Assembly (NCBI GenBank): GCA_964304625.1
Contig: OZ199838.1
Span: forward strand, 11,743,608-11,807,607
DNA length: 64,000 nucleotides
Direction of reading: 5' to 3'
Origin: Kudoa neothunni
Lineage: Eukaryota; Animalia; Cnidaria
Below are positions 12,701 to 26,079 of this stretch, one piece after another (position 1 is the first letter of the stretch; every line of letters starts with the position of its first letter). The translations under genes were made by a program, and so were the position numbers. The notes under the pieces were generated by a model. That model did not search any database. It saw only the letters and a list, made by a program, of their open reading frames with translations, and was not told the DNA's origin.

Positions 12701-14344
12701 TAGTTGACAACCTAATCATACAAAAACTGTCCTTTTTACCATCGTTATAAAGAGCAAACATTCTATTCTTATCAATAACAATAGCTTTCCTTAATTGACT
12801 GTTGGCATAGCTGATAGTGCCAACCAGTCGTTCGTCAATAACTACAGTAACTGCGTGGATAGTACAACCTTGTTCAGATCGAGGACCTATACAACCTCTT
12901 CTTCCAGTGTCTATCTGGATTATATTCATTTCAGTGCCATCCTTAAGAAGTGCCAACACCCATTCTTGTGAGGTCAAAGTGTTGGCCTCAATCATGCGAT
13001 TGATGTGAATAATTTCGTTAGGAAAGTAGCTCAATTTGCAGCCCGCTAAAGTGTACGGCAGAGGAATAACTGTAGATGATAACGGTGTGAATTGAATGTG
13101 GTAGCCATCTACAATACCGATTACGTTGTTCAATGATACATCAATTCGGGTAGTGTATTGGTAACGAACGACAGTTCCATCCGAACCCAACAACAACAAA
13201 CAGTTAACCGAATACCACATTATATTTTCAATTTTAAAACTGTTTGTGTCACCACTTAGAACTGTCTCATATTTGAGATAGTAGTGATAGTTGGATGAGG
13301 TCCACAACTGTAAGAGTTGTGTATTTGACTGTTGTGATGAGTGCAAATCAATCACCACAGCAAGCCAAGTGGAATCTATGTTCCATTGAATTGTCTTCAC
13401 CGTAGAATTCAAGTCGCAATTGACCAGTTGAAGACCACCATGTCGAAGTCCGTTTCTCTCAAAAAATACCACATTACGAGAGTAAGTTGATGTTTCGTTA
13501 GTGTAAGGAATTGCAGTTGTGGAGATACATATTCCGTTCGGTTTCCACGAAAGAACCGGCTCCACAAACACATTCAAATCACACGTTGAATGTAACACCC
13601 CTTGGTCACTCCACACTCTTATCTTGCGACGATCCTCAACAGGACACCATGTTGAAGTAGCCAAGAATTTTCCGTCTCCCCTCCAACTTATTACACTTCG
13701 TTTGCAATCATCATATTGTACCAACTAAAAAATAAAAATTGGGAATTATTGTAATTCTATCCGATTATTACTTGAGCAGGCTGTTCTTCTGCGGCGAATT
13801 TGTTTTTATTAGCTGAAGGACGAACCCCTTGACCAACAAACTGTGTTGATATTTTACCCCATCCAAGCGAAATGTTTCTAGATTCGCCGAAATCGGTTGT
13901 ATTCACATTCACATTGGCGATCACATCAAAATATCTTCCAATCAATGTGAGATATCCCTCAACTGAGATCACGGCAAGCGTAGACACATCAAAATTCCAA
14001 GCTGCCGCATCCACTGCTGCATCCATATTACCAACCAACTCCCAATCATCAAAATTTTCATCAGGGCATGACAACTTATAAATAGCCCCCTGTTTAGAAA
14101 GTACACATAACTCATCAGTGGCTTCCATTTTCACAATATCAACAATGTAACTATCTTCGTGCATGAGAGTCACTTGGTAGAATTGTTTCAGTTGATGATC
14201 CATATTTTTAACACTGTACAGTTGAATTGTGTGGTAATATCCAATGTAAATTTCTTCAATATTTGGAAATGCTACTATTGGCCATTTTCCATCGTAACTA
14301 TCAACCACAATATGGTTTGATTTCAATAGAGAAACATTCTCCAT
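9713..14344 (-). CDS. ELP1: Elongator complex protein 1 (IKI3 family), 8 exons
   Basis: GWGKISTQFVG, ISWRGDGKFLA, FFERNGLRHG, LQIPRGNIELIYPRPLV, KDPQEYLPF, basic C-terminal KNRKK..GSVYE. Introns 13725-13771, 11266-11290, 10820-10864, 10711-10756, 10598-10643, 10401-10489, 10095-10145, 9790-9839 keep the frame (8 introns, so 9 coding segments if all are real). TGA 9713-9715. Confidence 0.95.
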
Positions 14345-14522
14345 CACAAATCAACCCACAAAAATCTACTTATAGAGAACAGTCAACGACTAATGCTAAT
14401 AATGACCACGTGATTGTCGACATAACCGGGTTTTGAAGTGTTTTACCCTATTTTAAATATTTAGTACATCAGATATTTTGTTTGTTGTGTGATAACAATA
14501 CTGTTGCAAGCATTGAATGACC
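14345..14522. promoter_or_regulatory. Putative bidirectional promoter of ELP1 and RNASEH2A with E-box CACGTG at 14407-14412
   Basis: Divergent ATGs only 178 bp apart, with a palindromic CACGTG in AT-rich context. Confidence 0.65.
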
Positions 14523-17500
14523 ATGGATACTGTAATTGGTAAAATTCAGAGCAAATATTATGAAACTAGTGAAAGTCGGATCCTTGTCTCCAATCATATA
14601 ACTCAAACCAAAGAAACCACCTATATAGCTGGTGTAGATGAAGCTGGCAGAGGCCCTGTATTAGGTAACTTAATTGATTTTGAGTGGTGAATCCTAACCA
14701 GGATGAAGATTCGAGATACCCCTTCGGGGATTAAAAGGAGTGTGACTTTTAAATTTATTACATTTATTGATATTTAAAAATATTTATAGCTATTATTAAA
14801 ATTGACTTAACTTGATATTTTTCTTTTTATTATTTGGTTTGTTTAGGAAAACCAAAAAGCTTTAAATTGAATATTTTATGAATTTTCGAAAAATAGAAAT
14901 TTAACTTGCCAAGTTAAAGTTCAATATAATTTTAAGAAAATCAACTGTTATTTATTTAAGTTATTCTTTTCCGAATTAGTGACAATTTTTAGAGTTAAAA
15001 AGAAATTATAAATGTAAATTTCGTATATTTTGATTATTAGGAGCTTATTTTTTTATATTTATAAATTCTATTGAGTGAATAAAAAAGTTGGCTGAAGTTT
15101 TAATGCAAAATTATACAGCCAACTTTGTAAAATATTATGACGCGTGCGCGCACGTATAATAGTCGATTTTGATCATTATCTTTTCCTTTACGTCTGTTTT
15201 TTTATTATTTCATAAGAAGTTAAATTTTGTTCTTTCTTTATTGTTCTAACATAAAAAATAAGGAAATATTTTGTTAGTTGATAATTTAATTAATACATAA
15301 ATTTACTTGTTAATGGTTTTATGAGAAAACCATGAATTATTATTGTAGAAAATTACAGCAAATTACAAATAATATTTTATAATATATAGCGATTTTTCAA
15401 GTCAATTGTTATTTCAGCGGAAATATATGTTAAATTTTATTTGTTTTAGTCGTATATTATTACGTTATGTTAATTACGATTATTTTTTATATACGATTAA
15501 TTCTATTTTAAATGAATATTGGAACGCTTCAACGCTTGTTTTAACCATCTGTATTTGCATGTATGGGAACGTGGGCTCAAAAAATTTAATATGTCTATTT
15601 TTTGTGGTATGACTAAATCGTAGAAACATTGATTCTGCCACAAAGTTACACTAAATATTTTAATCTCATAAATCATATAATCCATAATTATTAGGCTGTA
15701 GCTGTTTTTACGACAAAATTTAATCCGAAATGAGTCCGCGTACTCATTTTAATCCATACAACTCTTATTTATAGGTGGTAATTTTATTTAGAATCTATCA
15801 TATTTTATTATTTCTGGTTCATTGTTACGTACATAGATATCATTTTTCAATTAAGTATAGTGAAAACTGGACCTTCCTAAATTCTAGGGTTGGTAAGAAT
15901 AGCCACTTCCATTTATATATATTTTTATGGATAATATGTAAAATTGTTAATATATTTCGTATTTTGGATCCACTTACAGCTTTCGGTTAGAAAATTTAAA
16001 TTTTTCCCAAATTAGGAATAATTAACCGCGCGTGTATATAACAATATTGCTTTTAATTAAGACTTTTTTATTCTTTGGTGTAAAATTTTTTTCGGTCGTT
16101 CTATATAATCGAACTTGGCTGAATTTAGCTCAAAATTACCAGTAAAATTGATATATTATCGTAATGTGCGTGTGCACGCCAGAGGAAAAATCGCTTATAT
16201 CGACAGGTACTACATTAAAACATTTATTTCTTTAATAATTTTTAATTTTTTAACTTATTTTATAGTAATTTATATTTTTTAAAACAACCATTAACACAAA
16301 GAGACAGGCCTCTTTATATAATCCATGGATAGACTTGCAAATTTCAGGACTAGCTGTCCCGAATCCCGAGATTTTAGAATATGAAAAATCCCGAAATTTG
16401 CAAGTCTATCCTTGGAGGATAGTTTATTTCACGCGAGAATTTTTATTATGTAACAGAAGGGTGTATTTTTATTTTCCTGAAATGAATTATTTTAATTACA
16501 TCTAAGCTGCCTGTAACTGGTATTTTTAATAAAATGTTCGCACAAAAAATTCCCAGCGTTCTCATTTTTAAAATCTCATACATTAAATCAATTAGAATAT
16601 GAAAATAATTTTTATAATGAATGTATATATACTTTAATTGCACAAATTTTGTTATTTAAAAAATTATCTTTTATTAACGAAAAGTTTATTTTAATTTTAT
16701 ATTCTTTATACTGAACAATTGTAACACCCCATTATTACGTTAAATATTTAAACACAAATGAATTTCTAAATGGAAATTTTCGCAAGAACTACCTACGTCT
16801 CTCTACTACGGGTTTTAAAAATTATCTAGCATCCCCTAAATCATAACTGAATAAATTCTATAAATTTCCGGATAGCGCTGTTTGCAACCAACCACTATTG
16901 GGTTGATTTACATATACAAAGTTTCACTTCCATAATAACTAAAATACTCAATCATAAATACGGCATTAGTAAAAATATGTTAGTTTTAGATCATTAATCA
17001 CATAATCTTGTATTGTACATAAAGTCAACTATTGCTAGAAATCGGCCACTTATATTTGTAACATTGTAATATAGATAAAAGGAATTTTACGATCTTTTTC
17101 ATGTCGAATTCGAGCTTTATATATGTTAGGAGAAACTGCCTTACATCTAGTTTAGACCATTATTCTACATCCTATTTTAGGCCCTATGGTTTACTGTATT
17201 TTCTATTGTTCACCTGAATTTGAGAAAGAGCTGAAAAAAATCAAATGCAACGGTAAGGTCATTTGAGCTTGATCTGGATTAATTCAACTCACTCCTAAGA
17301 CTCAAAATCAATGACTGATCAAAAGAGGAGAGTGATTTTTGATTGGATTTGCCAACATCTTGAGGATTGTGGTTTTATCTTGAATATAATTCCGCCGAAC
17401 TTTATTTCAACATCAATGTTATCATGGTGATGATTTAATTTTCCGTTAGATTCATTATTTTATTGCCACTTAAACTTATTCAGGCAGAAATATGATTTAA

Positions 17501-18290
17501 ATACGTTATCCCACGATACGGTGGTTGAAGTGATAGATTCTGCCCAAGATTTCACTAAAAATTCCATAAAAGAGATTTTTATCGACACCGTAGGTCCCGC
17601 GGAAAGTTATCATTCCTATCTGAGCTCAAGAATCAACTCTAAAAGCACAAAGATGTGTATATGCTCGAAAGCTGATTCAAAATACGTGGTGGTAGGAGCT
17701 GCAAGTATTTGTGCCAAGGTAGATATAGTTATTTTATGAGTAGCCTTCTTTTTAGTAAGTATTTTATATTTTTCCTTGATATTTTTGAAAAAGAAATTTT
17801 TAACAGAGTTAAACTGAGTAAATTTTTTTTATTTTTTGATGTAGGTGGTTCGAGATACGATCCTAGAAACACTTCTCAAAACATATCACCAAAATTCGCA
17901 ATATAATGAAGAGATTGGTAGTGGTTATCCCTCTGGTATGATTGATGCGGTGATATTCATATTTTTAATTAGATATAGATCCTAAAACCATTGCTTGGAT
18001 GGCTTCGATTGATAATGCATTTTCAGGATTTCCTGATTATCTTGTGAGATTCAGCTGGAAGACTATTCAAACCATTCTCGAAAAAAAATTATCTATGAAA
18101 TGGTGTGTTGTGTTTAAGTGTTGTATTTGTTTGTTAATTTTTTAATTTCATCCATTATAGGCCTATAAATAAAAGCCAGACTAAGAGTAAAAGAAAAGCT
18201 TCTGAGGCGTTCATTGAAAACAAACCCTCGTCTAGTGCTTTACTCGCTCAATTCAGTTTATCATCTACTGTTAATTTAAACCGATTTTAA
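14523..18290 (+). CDS. RNASEH2A: Ribonuclease H2 subunit A, 7 exons
   Basis: GVDEAGRGPVL|GPMVY across intron 14665-17180; DSK, LNTLSHDT, FIDTVG, KADSKYVVVGAASICAK|VVRD, GSGYPS|DPKT, VRFSWKT; TAA 18288-18290. Confidence 0.95.
16330..16408. mobile_element. 79-bp hAT-like MITE in RNASEH2A intron 1
   Basis: TIR tagacttgcaaatttc(a/g)gga at both ends; 8-bp flanks tccatgga / tccttgga (TSD, 7/8 match). Confidence 0.8.
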
Positions 18291-18427
18291 AAAGCTGTTG
18301 TAGTATTCTTTATGCATATTGTATTTTTTTGGTTTACACGTATTTATCCTAATAAACTTGACTTCAAAATTTTAAAAAGAATTACATTGTCTAATGTCAC
18401 CAAATGAAATATATATCTATTTAATTT

Positions 18428-21400
18428 TCACAGTTCATCCTTTATCTAATATAATTTAATAAGAGTTTAACAAATCATGAATACATGAAGCGACTGAAGA
18501 ATATCATGTTCCATTGTTTCCAAGCTATTAAAAGAATGACTGATATGGATTGGATTGCTCTTTTTATAATGATATAAGTATTTTATTCACATCTATTATC
18601 TTACCCTGTCGCCGCTTGGAAATAACAATAATGTTGGATAATACTGAATGGGAAATTGTTCGCATAAATTTTTGTTAACACTGCATTCAATTTTTCCAAA
18701 TTTAAGTGTGTTAGAGGTCATTTTCTATTAAATGTTATCTGGACACTGATTTCAATAATTGCAAGAGGTTACCTTGGCCAAATCGTCTAATATTGGCATA
18801 AAATTTATACACGGGCCACACCACAAGGCATAAAAGTCAATCAACCAAACGTTAGTTTGGTCAGAGAGGAAAATTTGATTAAAATTAGTGGGGTCAATTG
18901 GAATAATGGTTGATGGCAGAAACGAATGAATGAATTGATCCAGGAGGTGATAATGATTCCAGCCATTGTATTCACTATGAGAAGACATTATGTGTTTATT
19001 GTTGTTGGAAACTATCACATGTAGCCGTTAGAAACGACTCGTGACATTGAGAACATTCTCAACGTGGGATAATACTGGATAAATTGTTCAGCGCAAAATG
19101 ATCCGTGCAGATCACATTGGATTTTACCAAAATTAACTTTTCCTTTAAATTTCTATATTAGCCGAAATCAACGAATGAATCAATAACGCGCTGGTCAATA
19201 CTTTTGACAATTTGGTAAATGTGGGAAGGAAGTGTTGACAGTTTGAGCACCAACTATTATAAAAATCGACAAACCATAAGTTGGTGTTGGTTTTATTAGC
19301 AACCATGCTGTTAAAGGTTTCTGGTGTTAAATCGTAGATATATTTGATATTAATATCCTTCCAAAATATAAAGTGACTTATTCTACACAATTTATAAAGA
19401 ATTAACTTTAATAAATTCGTGGATATCTTCAGCGGTATGAAAATCATTGGTGAGCTCAATATGTTTACTTTTCCTGTATTGGACCCAGGGAAACCCTTGA
19501 GTAACCGAATACTACATGTGTACAGAAAATTCAATTTGTAAACTTTATTTCTAAACACATGAATACTTTGTAACAAATATGATAGTAGAAATAACAATCA
19601 AGGGTAAAAAAAGTCATTGGATCGGCGGGGTTAGTTGGCTTGTTTGCGAATCGACGATATTGCCAAATTTTCTTAATACAAGGTTGGCAGTTCTAAAGAA
19701 ATTCGATTTTATTGATTTAATTAAAAATATTCAATAATACTGAATTGAACAAGTAGATAACAAATATAGTGTTGGGATTGGAATCGAGTTGTTCCAACGA
19801 GGAAATTGTTAGATCACTTAACGCCGACACACTAGTCCCCGAGACCATAGTGTAGAAATTGAGAATTTCTCTTGAGAAGAAGTTTCCTACAAATTCATAA
19901 TTATTGATGAAAGCCTACCAAACACCACAGCAAATAACCATAATGTATCTCAATCCCTGCATTCTTTATAAGCGCTACCGAGGGGAAATGATGAATATTA
20001 TTATCATAGCAAAATATCGTCTCCAAACAATTAATTCCTACCACCCTCACTAAAGGTGATAGTAGCTTAAGAATTCTCCCCACCTCCATTTGATGTTGGT
20101 GATAGGAACCACTCTTGAAAAATACAACCAATGTTTGAACAAACATCCCATTCACTGATTCTCTTATTATATTCTACTCGAAATAGATAAAAATTAACTG
20201 TAACTTTAAAGAAAACAACATTAATCTCATTATAATCGAGTATCTTAATTTTAGGCACAATATCACTCAACGAATCCATCACATTTGAAATGTCCCCACT
20301 TTCAAGAACCTAAAAATACATTAATCCATAAATGCAGAGACTGCAAATCATAACCTTCATATTATTTAAATCATTAATGCCAGCAGGTAATGAAAAATAA
20401 GCTGTGCCCTCATCGCGGTCGATATGATGGCAAAAATCTTTTTCATTGGGCCATTCCTTGCATTTCAAATAACCCACATTTACGTCCAACCATTTCTATC
20501 ACCAACATATATTTAACGTTAAAAAATATCTTACAAATGAAATATAAATTTTGTTGAGGTTTTGTATAGCTTCATCAGCTATAAATAGCACATAAACATA
20601 AATATGAAAAGTATAAGTTACTTAACTCTGTCAAGGTTGCCATTAACACCAGAGGTTTATTTCCATTATTATTGGTACTTTTATAGTTTTCATCAGTATC
20701 TATTTTTAAAATAAATATTAAATAGATTTCATAAGAGTTTTCATTTTTTCGACCATTGCTTCATTCGGTAACCGGAGAAATATGGGTTTAAATAAATACA
20801 TTATAAGAGGGTTTTTAGAAATATTAAAATAAAATTCAAATTTACTTGGATTAAAATGAATTATTTCATGATAACTATTTTCAAAAATAAATTTTTTCAA
20901 GTTATCATATGTGATGTTTATTTTTGATTCATCTAATGTAATTCCCTATTTTTAATTGACAAAAAATAAGTAGGTACATAAATTTTAATAATTTGAGCTA
21001 CTTTGGGATATAATTTAAAAAGCAGGTAGCTCATAAATGCCCTGATCAGCACAAAGTTGATTATCCACAAAACAATTTACAGCACCAATACCAACGACAT
21101 TCTGGAATTCTGCGGCTAATTTTTGATACTAAGTAAGAAAATTTAATTTCAATTTGTTTCTAAGAACTAAACAGTACAATAGAAGAAATCTCAAGACAAT
21201 GAGAACAGTGCGGAGAATAGAAATTAATTAACCAATAATCGTTTGAATGGATCACAGATGGCTCTTTATAAAATGTGATTTATTCCATTTTACATATTTT
21301 CGTACCAAAGTTCCCATATTTAAACGTAAAAACCTCATCAACATTATCGTAGATGCCATTGTCACCTATATGCTCTTGTTTGAGGCTGGTCGAGGTTTCA

Positions 21401-21800
21401 TCATCCATATCCAATTTTCCTTCAAGATCATATCTTCTCCTCAAGAAAGAATCTAATAACAATTTCTATAGATGTTTAATTAACAAAAAAAACTTACCTA
21501 TCAATATTTCGTAAGCTTTCACCATACGAATAAATCTAGTTCCAGCCTTTGGGTCATTCTACAGCATCAACATATGAAAGAAATGGCGGGAAATTTGTGT
21601 CATATTACAGGGTGTCTGTCAGGATGATATTTGATAGCAGCTAACTTGTAGGCTTTCTTAATTTCTACCGCAGTAGCTACAGTAGAAATATTTAAAAGTT
21701 GGTAATAGGTGAGAGAGTTGAATCCCATATCAGTCATTAGAGAAAAATCGGTCATTATTTCCGCAATCGGCAATAATAGCAATGAAACAAGCTTCAACAT
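18428..21800 (-). CDS. DNAJC10: ERdj5 (J domain plus thioredoxin domains), multi-exon
   Basis: Signal peptide [11 protein letters not shown]; J domain IKKAYK..KYHPD; four CxxC motifs (CSHC, CQPC, CSNC, CGPC); ends IKDEL with TGA 18428-18430. Confidence 0.93.
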
Positions 21801-22683
21801 TATAACGTGGTTAAATTTAGAGAGACGCAAAATCGGTTTAATAAGGTGGCAAAAAATTAAATGGTATTTCTTTTTAACGTGTCATTTATCTAAATAGCAT
21901 CTATCTGAAAGGTCCCCTAGGATACCAACTATATTCTCGCAGGCAACACATAAACAATCGAGTCCTAAAACAAATATAACTGTCCGGTTTGTTTGCGAAT
22001 CTAATAATCAAAAAATAATTAATAATAATACACCAAAAGATAAAAGCAACAAATTTATTAAACGTCATTTATGGGACATATTCTTGCGTGAATCACCAGA
22101 CTCATGAATTTACTCGTAATGCCATAGAAAGTGAACACATCAATATCTGTTTCTGTATTCAGAATAGGAAATTAAATCCAAAACTTACAAGAAAATTACC
22201 TTTTAAGCATTAAAAAATTTACTTTGATATATTCACCTCCGACCAATTAATATTTTTATAACTCCTTATATTTATTTCATTCTATTTATTTTTCTGATAT
22301 ATCCCACGTCGTATTATAATATGATTTAAATCAATTATCGATAGAAATTACTTCAAATATAAGTTTTTTACTATGCATAACAATTTTTTAGCATTATCAG
22401 GTAAGTTCTGTATAATACAAATTGGGCACCATTCATCATATCGATGCTAGTATCAAAATCCTTAATTATCTTAAATTTTATTTTATATAAAATAAAATGT
22501 ACATTAACCTTCGAAATAAAATGGGGTAGATTTTTACCCGAAGTGAATTTTGCCAACAATATTATAGCGTATTAATGGAGCATAACTACTCTCCAGTGTT
22601 TGTAATATTTTATCTTTATCAAGGCTTTCAGAAAAATTAATTAAAATTTTTTTTGCCTTGTACCAAAAAAGTTAATGTAAAAA

Positions 22684-23271
22684 CACCTTCCAAATAAAAT
22701 TGGGTAGAAATCTACCCCACATTTTTCTTTCATAAAATTATTTAAAATTTTGATAAATGTCATTTTTAAAATTTTAAGGAAATTCTCTCGAGTGAATAAT
22801 GAATAAATAACGAAACATCATACATGCAATGCCCGCGAGCGTGTGTGTGCGTGCGCATCAGTTATATAAGCATGTCATCCTTTCCTGAATACTAGGATAG
22901 CTGCTTATTCTCTCATTAGTCTTATACTATTTATTTAAAATACGATGGCTCTTCCTCAGTCTGCTTAGTTCTGCGTTGTTTAAAATATGATAAATTAATT
23001 AGCATCCGTTATGAAACTTGAATTAAATATTAAAATTAAAAAACGCGCAAATATACATACAAATACAATCACACTCCAAAGAAGCTTAACATCTAAATAT
23101 GCGCGCATGCGCATGAAGATAGAATATGACTTTAATTATTGGTCATTTGTTCAAAATTTACTTGGCGGATTTTCCTCATATTTTGTTAGACAATGCTGAC
23201 TTCCATTTGAGACAATTTTATTAAATTAAAAACGTGGAGTCGATTTCTACCCCATTTTTATTTGGAGGGAG
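22684..23271. mobile_element. Non-autonomous piggyBac-like element; extra copy of its left end at 22504-22540
   Basis: ~38-bp imperfect TIRs: caccttccaaataaaattgggtagaaatctaccccac vs reverse complement ctccctccaaataaaaatggggtagaaatcgactccac. TTAA sites degenerate. Confidence 0.6.
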
Positions 23272-24422
23272 TAAATTTTTCAGCTACATAGAAGGTTAAA
23301 CTAAACCATGTCCGTTATTCGACAGTCGAAACTGAATGAATAAAATTCTACGCAATCATGTGATTAATTATTCTTAAAAAGATATTTTAAATTTATTTTC
23401 ACTAATATTGTTATTAACAGCTTAATTCTTGTAATAGGCAATGCAGCAGTCGGTCAGCATTCGCGGTGAATTATTCCATTTCTTACCAAATCACGTGACT
23501 CTATAAAAAAATAATTTGGTGTCATATCGGTCATTACCTTATGTGTAGTAACTTCTATATTTATATAATAGAATTTTTTCGGTAATTAGTTTGTTAGAAA
23601 CAGGTTAAACGAAATTAACGTTGATGAAAAATTTTAAAGTGTCACTAATATGCAAATCCAAAAAATCATTTTGTGAATTAGCTATGCTACATTTATTTTT
23701 GTATTTAACATATCAAAAAGTCCTAGGAAATTTTAATACAATTAAAGAATTTGTATATACAATATTTTTAGAGTTTAAAACAAAATAAATATCAAATAAC
23801 ATAAATGTAAAAAATTTAAGCATAATTTGGGATGAAATTATAAAGTACTTATTAATTTACGATAAATAAATTTACGAACAAAATTTATATACTAAACATA
23901 ATTGTATCTGTTATAAATATAGAATTATATTGTTATTATTTTTATTGTTCACGGGATAGCAAGTGATATTTCAAAATCTGAAAACATCCTCGAATGATCT
24001 GGCCATCTTTTGTGTTAAATGAGAGGAGTAAAAAGAGAAACATTAATAAAATCAATTAAATTAAGTTAAACATATTTTTCCATAAGATTAATTGTTCCCA
24101 TGTATCACGTTAACGTATATTCCTTCCAATAATTCTATTTTATTTCAAAGAATTTTATAAGTTTACAACTATAATAATAAACGTAGTTATTGTTATAATG
24201 AAAGTAACGCTTTAAAAGATCATTTTAACATAAAACTCATCTTAAGCACAATATAGCATGAAGTGTGTTTTTACTAATCTCGGCTTATCCCCTAAGATTG
24301 ATGCGGATTACAGAATTCTATTTTTACTTTAAATTATGTTACTTTCCTTAATATTATGTATCATTGTTTTAAAGTAAAACTAAAATTTAATAACAAAATG
24401 TTAAAGTCTGTTTCTAAAAGTA

Positions 24423-24849
24423 CCGTGCTTCCCGGAAATTAAACCTACCTCAAAAATAAGACCTATTAAAAAACTCGAAATCCGGATATTCTGGATTATA
24501 TAAAAAATATCTTTAACCATGTAATTTATTTGGTAGTTAATGATAATAAAAATTTTAAAGATAAGATATTCATTAACATGTATATTTTTAGAGTTGATCG
24601 TCATTATATCTTCGTTGTAAACGAAAAATAAATATTCTCATCATGTTATACCTTCTACATTGTATTTCTTACAGTAAAAACATTATTGTGTTTATTCAAC
24701 AAAAAAAGTTGTTTTTAACTCGGTTATATGAGCTAAATAATGCATATGAAGTTTTTTCTGTTACAAATATAAAACTTACCATGAAAATAAGAATTAATGC
24801 CCATAATAAGCCAAAATTATAAGACTCGTCTTATTTTAAGGATACACGG
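24423..24849. mobile_element. Tc2/pogo-like MITE with TA target duplication
   Basis: Left TA-ccgtgcttcccggaaattaaac; right reverse complement TA-ccgtgtatccttaaaataagac; internal aaataagac repeats. Confidence 0.65.
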
Positions 24850-25099
24850 TATTTCAATTATTTACGCTAAAACATTTAAGGTATTCGTGCAGTTACGGAG
24901 GTTCTACTATATGATATATTAAAGGTACCAAAACTGATATACAATGACTTACGACCCGTAAGTAATATTGCAATAAAACGTAAAATAATTAATATATAGA
25001 AAATTTAATTTTTACTTTATAAACTTTATAACAAAAGTAACATATTGCTTCAGTTTGGCTTTAGAAAAATTAAAATATCAATAGTTTTTATGCATTTTA

Positions 25100-25570
25100 T
25101 GGCTCGTGCTGAATGATTTCTTTTCATAACGACGAAGATTAAGGCTTGTGCGTCAACATAATATTTTGTAATTTCAACTGTCCCATAAGTTGAAATTACA
25201 AAATATTATCAAAAAGTGGCGAATAAATCAAACGTTAAATCTGAATCAATGAAGATCTGTGATGAAAAAATAAGGTCTGCCTTGAATACTATTATAACTA
25301 TTTAAATTGGTTGTTTTAATATTATAACGATTGTTCTATTCGAAAGTAATAAAAACTTTCAAAGGGAAAATGTGGATTTTGATCTACAAATGGAAGAATG
25401 GATTGAACTGACGAGAGAAAAATAGATAGAATATTCTCAATATGTTTTTATTAGTAAAACTAATGAATTCCTTATGATGCCTCAAAATCAACATCTGTAT
25501 CTATTCTATTGGTTGGTTTATGATTTAAAACAAAGATTTAACATTTCGCATAATACATTTTTAGTGAATC
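25100..25570 (+). pseudogene. Decayed pogo/Tigger transposase (CENP-B-like HTH region)
   Basis: Fragments DLQMEEWIELTREK*, ISKTNEF, SIGW..KQRFNI resemble the CENP-B HTH; stops and frameshifts present. Confidence 0.5.
25158..25209. repeat. Perfect 22-bp inverted repeat with 8-nt loop
   Basis: ataatattttgtaatttcaact-gtcccata-agttgaaattacaaaatattat. Confidence 0.95.
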
Positions 25571-26079
25571 TTCAGCTTCATATCGTGTTCTATTTCAAAT
25601 TAATTCAAATATTAAACTAAATAAGTATTCTAGTTGGTCAAAATACATCTCAATTTTTAAATTTTTTGTTCGGTTTCGCATGCGCAAAGTTACGTGTCGT
25701 GCGTGCGTAATGGATTTGATTTCCCTTTTGATTACGCTCGACCCATAAGTCACTCTATGTGAATTTTTTAGATCTAATGATTAATAAATGTCTATCATTA
25801 TTTGTCGATATTATTGGCACATAAGTAATCCAGATTATGTAACCGTAATATACTACAGTAAAAAATCAATTTAACCTAACACCCTCGGACCAAGAAACGC
25901 GCCTGCGCATTTATTTTAGAAAAAATTGACACTTAATAATAATTAAATTGCGTTTATAAAGACTTGTTAACTATACATTAATTGTTAAAAGATAATTAAA
26001 ACTCGAGAAACGTGTTAACATCATAAAAATATTTTTTAAAAAAGTTCTGATTTGATGGGTCTACTATGAAGTAATTTCA

